Shown here: positions 26,860 through 35,200 of the stretch, in pieces
Layout of the letters: every line of letters starts with the position of its first letter
How positions within the stretch are numbered: position 1 is the stretch's first letter
NCBI GenBank assembly: GCA_947627545.1
Contig: CANQWK010000002.1
Location: 39,864-103,863 of the forward strand
DNA length: 64,000 bases
Origin: an uncultured Clostridia bacterium
Lineage (GTDB): Bacteria > Bacillota > Clostridia > Christensenellales > UBA1242
Direction of reading: 5' to 3'
The notes under the pieces: generated by a model
The model's input: only the letters and a program-made list of their open reading frames with translations
Told to the model about the DNA's origin: nothing
Databases searched by the model: none
Translations under genes and position numbers: made by a program

Positions 26860-27351
26860 TTATAAATTTTTTATAAAATTAATGCCAGTTTTAAAATTTT
26901 CTAAATTTTTTTCATATTTTTGTTTTAATTTAATATATTCATTATTTTTAATTTTTAAAATGGCGTTTTTATAACTTTCGCCAAAAACTTTAAACATAAA
27001 TTTTATAAAAAATTTTTTAACATCAAAACAATTTGTTAATTGTTCTAGTTTAATATTATCAAAATCCAAGGCATTTTTTGGCAGGGCTAACGAGCGGTTT
27101 TCTTCTTTTTCTTCTTCGTAAACGCCGGTGTTAAACTTTGCAATAAATTTTAAATTAAAAAGAAAATAATTTTTTTCTATGTCAATTTCTAGCGGAGCAG
27201 GGAAATGTTTGCCTACCTGATAAGAAAATGAATAAAATTTGCGTGAATAATAGCCGTTTATAATAATATTTTTATAATGGCTATTTAATTTGGCAACAAA
27301 AGCGGACATAAAACTATCTGCAACGCTTTTTGTTAATTCAAATTCTTGCAT
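26860..27351 (-). CDS. Hypothetical protein (163 aa), ORFan
   Basis: An uninterrupted ORF in very AT-rich DNA. It has no SD; TATAAA ends 5 nt before the ATG. Confidence 0.65.
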   Translation of the reverse strand: MQEFELTKSVADSFMSAFVAKLNSHYKNIIINGYYSRKFYSFSYQVGKHFPAPLEIDIEKNYFLFNLKFIAKFNTGVYEEEKEENRSLALPKNALDFDNIKLEQLTNCFDVKKFFIKFMFKVFGESYKNAILKIKNNEYIKLKQKYEKNLENFKTGINFIKNL

Positions 27352-27452
27352 ATTTTTTATATGATTTTTTTTTAATAAATGAAAATGTAAATTTAATGTT
27401 AAATAATTTTAAATTAATGAAATATAAATTTAAATGTTAAATAAATTTAGAT

Positions 27453-27478
27453 AAAAAAAATAAGGGTAGAACCCTTAT
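27453..27478 (-). terminator. Intrinsic terminator of cysS, overlapping its stop codon
   Basis: On the minus strand: ataagggt-tct-acccttat (8-bp stem) followed by TTTTTTT. Confidence 0.85.
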
Positions 27479-28854
27479 TTTATTTCATATTCATTTTTTG
27501 GTTTATCTAAAATTGTGTAGCCAAGAGAAGCAATTTTATCTCGCAAAATATCGCTTTGTTTATAATCTTTATTAATGCGAGCAAGTTTGCGCTCTTCGGC
27601 AAGTGCTATTATTTCACTTGGAATTTGTTTTGTTTCCTCTTTAACTTCGGCTAATTTTAGGCCTAAAACATGGTCAAAATCTAACATCAAATTGTAAATA
27701 TCTACGCTATCAGGGTAATTTTTTAACGCGTCCCAAACAACGGATAGTGCAAGAGGAGTGTTTATATCATCGGCAAGATATTCTGTAAATTTGGTTTTTA
27801 ACCAGTTTAATTTGCTAGTTTCAATTTTTGATGTGCCGTTTTTGTGTTTTAATAACAATTTCTTTAAGTTAGAATAACTTTCTTTAGCATTGTTAAGTGC
27901 TTCAAATGTAAAATTTTGTGGTTTTGAATAGTGTGCAGATAGATAAAACATACGCAAGTCCATTGGAGAATATCCTTTTTCTTTTAAATTGCTTAAGGTA
28001 TAAATTCCGCCTGTAGATTTGCTCATTTTACCACCATTAAACATTAAATGTTCTAAATGAAACCAAATATCAACTACTTGATGACCGCATTTTGCATAGT
28101 TTTGTGCAATTTCATTTTCGTGATGCACGGTTTTGTGTTCCACTCCGCCGCCATGAATATCAATATGTTCGCCTAAAAATTTATTTCCAATTGCACTACA
28201 TTCTATATGCCAGCCAGGGTAACCAACTCCCCATGGGCTATTCCAACGCTGAATGTGATTATCTTTTGCTTTTACCCATAAAACAAAATCGGCGGGGTTG
28301 CGTTTGAACTCGTCAACTTTAATGCGAGCGCCAAATTGTTTTTCGTTTTGGTTCATTCCGCCTAACGCGCCGTAATTAGGACATTTGCTAGTGTCATAAT
28401 AAACGCCGTTTTCAGTAATGTAGCCATAACCATTATCTAAAATATCTTGCACAAAAGCAATAATGTCATTTATAACGCTGGTTGCAGGGCAAATATGTTC
28501 AGGCGTTTCAACATTAAGTGCTTGCATATCATTAAAACAAATGCCCCAATAAAATTTTGCAATTTCTTCCGGAGTTTTGTGCTCTCGCTTGCTGGCAACT
28601 TCCATTTTATCTTCGCCCTCATCTGCATCACTTGTCATGTGTCCAACATCGGTTATGTTCATAACTTGATTAATGTTATAGCCTAAATATTTAACCGTTC
28701 GCCTTACCATATCCATAACATAAAAAGCGCGCATGTTGCCAATATGTTGATACCAATAAACAGTAGGTCCGCAAAAATAAAAATTAACGGTGTTGTTAAT
28801 TGGTTTTAATGCTTGCTTTTTTCGTGTTAACGAGTTGAATAATTTTAATTCCAT
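27475..28854 (-). CDS. cysS: Cysteine--tRNA ligase
   Basis: 459 aa. HIGH motif: HIGNMRAF. KMSKS motif: GGKMSKSTG. It has an AAGGA SD, a consensus promoter, and a terminator that overlaps the stop codon. Confidence 0.93.
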   Translation of the reverse strand: MELKLFNSLTRKKQALKPINNTVNFYFCGPTVYWYQHIGNMRAFYVMDMVRRTVKYLGYNINQVMNITDVGHMTSDADEGEDKMEVASKREHKTPEEIAKFYWGICFNDMQALNVETPEHICPATSVINDIIAFVQDILDNGYGYITENGVYYDTSKCPNYGALGGMNQNEKQFGARIKVDEFKRNPADFVLWVKAKDNHIQRWNSPWGVGYPGWHIECSAIGNKFLGEHIDIHGGGVEHKTVHHENEIAQNYAKCGHQVVDIWFHLEHLMFNGGKMSKSTGGIYTLSNLKEKGYSPMDLRMFYLSAHYSKPQNFTFEALNNAKESYSNLKKLLLKHKNGTSKIETSKLNWLKTKFTEYLADDINTPLALSVVWDALKNYPDSVDIYNLMLDFDHVLGLKLAEVKEETKQIPSEIIALAEERKLARINKDYKQSDILRDKIASLGYTILDKPKNEYEIK

Positions 28855-28875
28855 AAAATTCCTTTTAATTTTGAT

Positions 28876-28904
28876 ATTATAACAAGGATTATAAAATTTG
28901 TCAA
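28876..28904 (-). promoter_or_regulatory. Promoter of cysS
   Basis: On the minus strand: TTGACA (rc of 28899-28904), a 17-nt spacer, then TATAAT (rc of 28876-28881). The leader is only ~15-20 nt before the AAGGA SD. Confidence 0.7.
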
Positions 28905-28944
28905 TTGATTTAAAAATTTAAACTTTAGCAAACAATAAATTAAT

Positions 28945-29062
28945 AAAAAATAAGCAAAAATTTTTTAAAAATTATAAAAAATAATAAAAAATTAACAAAA
29001 AAATTGAAAAATTGGCTTATTTTTGAATATTTTTAAATTTTTTTAATATTTTTTAATTTTTT
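28945..29062. repeat. Bipolar phased A-tract / T-tract array between cysS and the 2,961-aa gene
   Basis: A-run starts: 28945, 956, 967, 976, 986, 997, 29007 (spacings 11,11,9,10,11,10). Polarity flips at 29012-29019. T-run starts: 29020, 030, 038, 049, 057. Confidence 0.8.
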
Positions 29063-29207
29063 AATTAATTATTTTTTATTTTAATTTTTGTTTTTATTTT
29101 TAATTCCAACCTCGTTATTTATTTTACACTATTTATGGCATAAAAATCGGCCTATATAATTATTTATAATTAATATTATAAAAAATGTGATAAAATATTT
29201 AAAATAT

Positions 29208-29236
29208 TTGTTAATTAAATTTAATTGTGTTAAAAT
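29208..29236 (+). promoter_or_regulatory. Candidate promoter of the 2,961-aa giant gene
   Basis: TTGTTA (29208-29213), a 17-nt spacer, then TGtTAAAAT (-10 at 29231-29236). A second TGaTAAAAT at 29188-29196 is an alternative. Confidence 0.4.
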
Positions 29237-29298
29237 ATCAATATAAATAAAATCAACATTAATGTAAAAATTTTAATTTTTAATTCAAAGGGGTTTTT

Positions 29299-32200
29299 AT
29301 GAAAGAGTTAAAAATAAAACGATATATTTTTATAACTGCAATTTTGTTGTTTGCAATGTTTGTTTGTTTTGGTTGCAAAGTTAGCACCCCTGTTGAAAGC
29401 ATATCAATTGATTTAAATAATTTTAATGAGGCAGGCATTACTCTTCTTGTAGGAGATGAATTTGAGCCAACAGTGAATTTTATGCCTAGTTTTGCCAGCA
29501 ATAAAAAATATTACATAAAAAGTTCTAATGAAAATGTGCTTTCCGTAGTAGGTTTGAAAGTAAAGGCTGTTTTAGAAGGTGAAGCCTATTTAACCGTGGT
29601 TTCAAAAGATAATGACAGTGCGCAAGATAGTGTTTTAATTTATGTTAAGCAATATGTTGAAACGCTTAGCACTCCACAAAATTTGCAATATAATTCAAGT
29701 ACACAAAGTTTAACATTTAATTCTGTTGCTAATGCACAAAGCTATACTCTTGAAATTAATGGCGAAAATGTAAACATTGGCAATAACACAATTTTTGCAT
29801 TAAATCCAAAATATTTCAACCAAGTTTTAACAATTAAAGTTAAAGCAATTGCGCCTTCATATAGCCATGCTTACTCTTCTTCAAATTCATCGGCTGCACT
29901 TCAAATTTATCAGGCAAGTGCGGTTGAAAACATAACGGCTAGTTCAATAAACGGAAATTCTAATTTAACATTTAGCCATTCATCTGCCACAAAATTTAAG
30001 TTAAGCATTTTTGATGGAGTTAATGTTGAGCCTTGGCAAGAAGTTGAAACAAATTCTGTTTCGCTTATGGAATTAAATGAAAAATATGCCGGCAAAAATG
30101 TGGAAATTAAAATTGAAGCGTTGGTTGATGACGAAATTAAAAATTTAGCCGAAAATGTTAATGTAAATTTTTATTCGGCAGAGGCAAGCAAATCGGTTTA
30201 TGTACTTAACAAGGCAGATGTTGATATTCAGGCGAACACTTTAATTTGGCAAAATATAGCAAGTGCTAGCGGCTATAATATATTTGTAAATGGTAGCAAA
30301 GCGGCAGAAACAGAAATGAATAGTTATGATTTGCTAAACTTAAATTTGCAGCCAACAGAAAATTTTTATTCGGTTAAAGTAGAGCCTAAAATTAGTGGCA
30401 ACAATTTGGCAAAAACGGCAGATGCTACCACATTAAAATTTAATGTTTTGCCTGACCCTGTTTTAAATTTGCAGCAAGAAACAATAACTTGGCAAGAAGA
30501 AGGTTTTTGTTTAGTAACCTTAACAAAAGGTTCACAAATAGTGTTTAGTGCAACCGAAAAGCGTTCAAGTTATAACTTAGATTTTGGCAACGGAAATTAT
30601 GTTTTGTCCGTTCAAAATTTAGGCGGACTAAACGAAGTTGACGGAGTGTATTATTTAAGTTCTAAAATTTCTTCAATAAACATTACAAAACAAAACTTAC
30701 AAAATTATATGTTAAATTTTTCTGCTAACATTGGAGAAAGTTATAACGCACTTTTAAACAACCAGCCGATAGACGCAAATTTATTTGAAGATATTTCAAA
30801 CGCTAATTTTAACGAAGAAAATTCTTCTCTTTCAATTGAGGGTGCAAATGTATCAATTAATTTGCAAAACGCACAATTTAATCCAGGCGAACAGACCATA
30901 ACTTTGACAAATGAAAACAAGGTTATTATTACAAAATTTGTTCAACTTAAAAGAATAAACAGCATAACAATAAACGATGCAACTGCGATTGTGCAAAATG
31001 ACGAAAACGCAACAATTAAATTTGAAATTTACAATAATTTAAGCAGTTTAGTTTGTTCCGCATACGGAGAAGAAGCTGAAATTGAAACCTTAGACAAAAC
31101 ATCATCAAACTTTTTGCCGGCAGGCGAATATATCATTAAAGTTTTTGTTTATGGAAATGGAAACACCACAATAGGCGTGCGAGAATTGGGCAGAGAAATT
31201 GAAACAGCAAGTTTAAATTTTACTGTTTTAGAAGCACCAAATTTAGTGTTAAAGAGTAGCGAAATTAAACAAATTGAATTTGAAAAAATAGAAAATGCGC
31301 GAGAATATAAATTATATAAAAAGAGTGGCAATTTAATAAATGAATTTAATAATGAAATAACAATAAATGAAAATTGTTCGTTTGAATTTGAACTTGAAAC
31401 AGGCAAATTAAATTTGCTTGCTAGGGCGGTTGGCAATAATTCAAGTTTGCAAGGAGATTGTTATTTGTCCTCGTGCTATGGTGAAATTGAAATTGCCGTT
31501 TTAAATGCACCAAATTTAGTGTTTAATAAGGATAACCAAAAATTTGAAATTATAGATACTAACGATGCAAACGCAATTGAAAATTACGAAATAAAATTTG
31601 CGGAACAAACCAACACCTTTAATAGCAAAGGGGAAATAGAATATTCTCCAAATTTTGAAATAGGAATTAACAATTTTACCATTACCGCAAATGCAGTAGA
31701 TGAAAAAGTTGACGGAGTGTATTATTTAAACGCAACCAATCAGGCGGAAATAAATAAAATAGATGCAGAGCCAACAATAAACATTTATCAAATAGATGAC
31801 GAATTTAATTTGCCGGTAAGCAAGGTTGAATATTTTAATTATTTATTAATAACACCAACAAAATTGCAAGGCGAATTTGAACTAGATTTAACATTTAAAA
31901 TAGGCGAGCAAAGTTTTAATTTTGCAACTCAAAAAGGGGTTTTAACAAGTGAAAATGGCTATAATTTGCCGTATTATTATGACCAAACAAGTTATTACAT
32001 AGCGTTAAACAATAATTATTCTCCAATTATAAGCGAACTTTTAACCGCACAAACTTTTGATGTTTCGGTTAAATTTAAAGCAAAAGAACAAAACCAGGTT
32101 ACAAGCGATGCTTTCACAAAAACATTAAATGTTTTAAAACAATCCGCAATAAAAAGGCAGCAAAATGAACAGGCATTTGAATTTGTTAATGTAAATGCAA

Positions 32201-35200
32201 GGTCAAGTAACAGTTATAAAATTTTAATAGATAACACTTATGTTTTAAATATTGATGAAAATTTAAAAAATGTGGAAGAAGAAGGACAAAATTATTTTGT
32301 GCTTCCACTAAGTTTTGTTCAGCAAAAATTAAGTGAAATTGACCTTGAATTAGGTCAAATTGAACATAGCATTTCAATTTTAACAATCAGCGTTTTAAAT
32401 GATAGCAACGAAGTTGGTTTTGCACCAAATAGTAACGCGTTAAAATTTGCAATTTCTAGCAACATTAATTTGCAGGCTAAAAAGCAAACCAGCGGAGATG
32501 ATGTTGATTTGTATTTATATTTTGATAAAATTTCCGCCGAATTTGAAAAACTTTATATGGTGGAATTTTATACAAAATTAGATGGCGAAAAACAAATAAT
32601 TTCCACAACAAGTTTAACTGATAGCCAGGCGCAAGATAACATTATAACCTTTAATTTAATTAATAGTTTTGATAGCGAAATTTATGTTTCGGTTTATGTT
32701 TCAACGGCAGGCCGTTTGCAAGAAGTTGAAATGTTTAATTCACAATATTCTAACGAGATATTTATAAAACGAGTAAACGCGGTCAGTTCGTTTTACATAA
32801 GCAATAATGTTTTATATATAGAAAACAGCGAATATAATTTAGTTGCTAATTATGAAATATATTTAGGCGAAAACAAAATTGGCACAGTGGCGGCTAGCAG
32901 AAAAGCGGAATTTAATTTGCCAAGCCAAATTTCAAGCGGAAATTTAAGCATTAGGTCGGTTTCTTGGCTTGAAGTTGGAGGGCAAATTTACACCAACTCT
33001 AATAGAAGTGAGCCAATTCAAATTATAAAAACTTCACTAGACGTTAGTTTGCAAAATGGAGATTTTGTTGTTAATGCAACCAACTTAAAAAAATTAAAAA
33101 CAAAATTCGAGGACGGCCATGCGTACTTAAAAATAGAAGATAGAATAGGCGGACTGTTAGTTGCATCACATGAAATTTATTTAAACGATTTAACTTATTC
33201 AAATTGCGTAAAATTTAATTTTGAAACAAATTCAATTAGCATTGAAGCGTATGGAATTTTAACATATTCTGGAACCGAAAACTTAATTTTTAATTTAGTT
33301 GTTTTGTATGAAAGTGAAGAGTTGTATGGAAGTGAAGGAAGTGAGCCGTTCTATATAAATTCTAACAGCGTTGAAATTTCTGGCACTGGTTTAAACAGCG
33401 TGCAAAATTTAGATATAAGATATTTTCAATCTACAGACGGCGGCGAAAAAATAGATAAAATTTATTGGGAAAATCCAAATTCTCAACCAAGCAATTATGT
33501 TTTAAAATTAACATATCAAGGCGTAACGCATAGTTCATTAAATGGCAGTTTTTATTATGAAAATGAACTTATTAATCCGTCAAACATTATTGAAAACAAT
33601 CAAATTAAATTGCCAACAAAATTTGAAATGGGCGGTCAAAGTTATGTGTTTGAATCGGGCGAATATTTGTTAGAAATTAAAGCCGTTCCGCTAACTGAAA
33701 ATAGTTTTTCTTCTAACTATGTCGCTGTTCACATTGAAATTTTAGATGCGGTAACCCCTTATGTAGATAACGGAAATTTAGTTTGGCAAGCAAATAATTT
33801 AGCACAAAGTTATTCAATAAAAGCGTATGAAGTTGTTGGCGAAAACGAAGCGGATTGGAACTATTTAACAACAATTCACACCACGCAAAGCCAAACGGCA
33901 AATTGCACAATTAACTTTGAAAATGAAATTGCAAAAGATGGGTTAATTGCACTATCAATTCAGGCGGTTAGCGATGTAAAAGCGGATACTGACGAAAGCG
34001 GAACAAAATCTTACACAATAAACAGTGTTTGGAGTAAAAAGTTGGTGGTTTACAAATTGCCAGAAATTGAAGAAGTGTATATTAATGACGGATTTTTAGT
34101 TTTAAAAGCGAACAAATATTTTAGCAAAGCAAGTATAGAATTTGTAGGCGGCGGCGTGAAATATGAGCCAATATATTTAGATAGGCAAGCTGACGCAACA
34201 AAAATTTACGAGCAATTAAAAGCGTTTAATAGTTGGCAGCAAGCCGATATTGATGCTAACAGCCAGCATTATATTGTAAACCTTAACCAAGAAGGTACGT
34301 TTAATGTGTTGGAAGATGAAACTTATAGTTTTAACATTTCATTAACAGGCAACACGGCAAATGCTGATAACGGCTATCTTCCAATTGTAAATTCGTCAAA
34401 AACCATAAGTGCGTCAAATTTAAAAGCAACAAAAATAAAAAAGAGCAACAGCCTTGTAGGCAAAACAATAGGGCAGTTTGAAATTAATGCAAATTTGCAA
34501 GCAGGTGGGCAAACATCTAGTTACAGCAATTTAAATTATGCTTTTGGCGAAGAAGCGATAACTGACCCAGATTTATTAAATGCGTTAATTTATAAAATTA
34601 ATTTATCAGTTTTGCAAGATGAACAAACTTTAAATTATTCAATTTATGCACTAGATTACAATTATTTTTCAAGCCTAACAAGTGAAAACAAACATGAATT
34701 TACACAAGACGAAATTTCAGAGAACAATTATGGAAATTTGTGCGGTTATTATCTTGCTAATAAAAATGGAAACGAAATTAAAATAAATGTTTATAAAAAC
34801 AATATAATAAATTTTCAAGCAAAAAACATAAGTTACATTAAAATAAATGCCGAGCAACAGGAAGGCAAAATTAATTATTCAATGCCTAGTGGCGAGGCGG
34901 AAGAAATTGACCTATCTAACGGCGGAACTTTTGTGCTAGATGTGTTTGTTTTGGGCGGAGATAGTTTTGTAAACAACAGTGAAGGCGACATAAACATGGG
35001 CTTTTTAACTTCGCAGTTAGTGGAAAACTATTTCATTAGATATTCTCCAAATAATTTGCAAACAAAAGACGGAGAAATTATCTTTAAAAACCTAATTAAG
35101 TATAACGATGACGCTAAGGCGTTAGATTACCCTGTTTATAAAATTGTTGCACAAACGGCAAACGTGTTAGATAAAAAAGTATTTTATCTTTATTATGAAA

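Noticed and set aside
28855-28940. I looked for a T-box or other leader riboswitch upstream of cysS.
   Set aside because: The consensus promoter leaves only ~15-20 nt before the SD. There is no room for a specifier hairpin or antiterminator, and no T-box sequence is present.
28855-29298. I searched both giant-gene upstream regions (28855-29298 and 39245-40044) for an invertible-promoter arrangement, meaning long inverted repeats bracketing a promoter.
   Set aside because: I found only AT-only pseudo-palindromes of the kind produced by A-run/T-run low complexity (for example ataaaaa-t-tttttat at ~39556-39570). There are no discrete GC-containing inverted repeats and no nearby recombinase gene.
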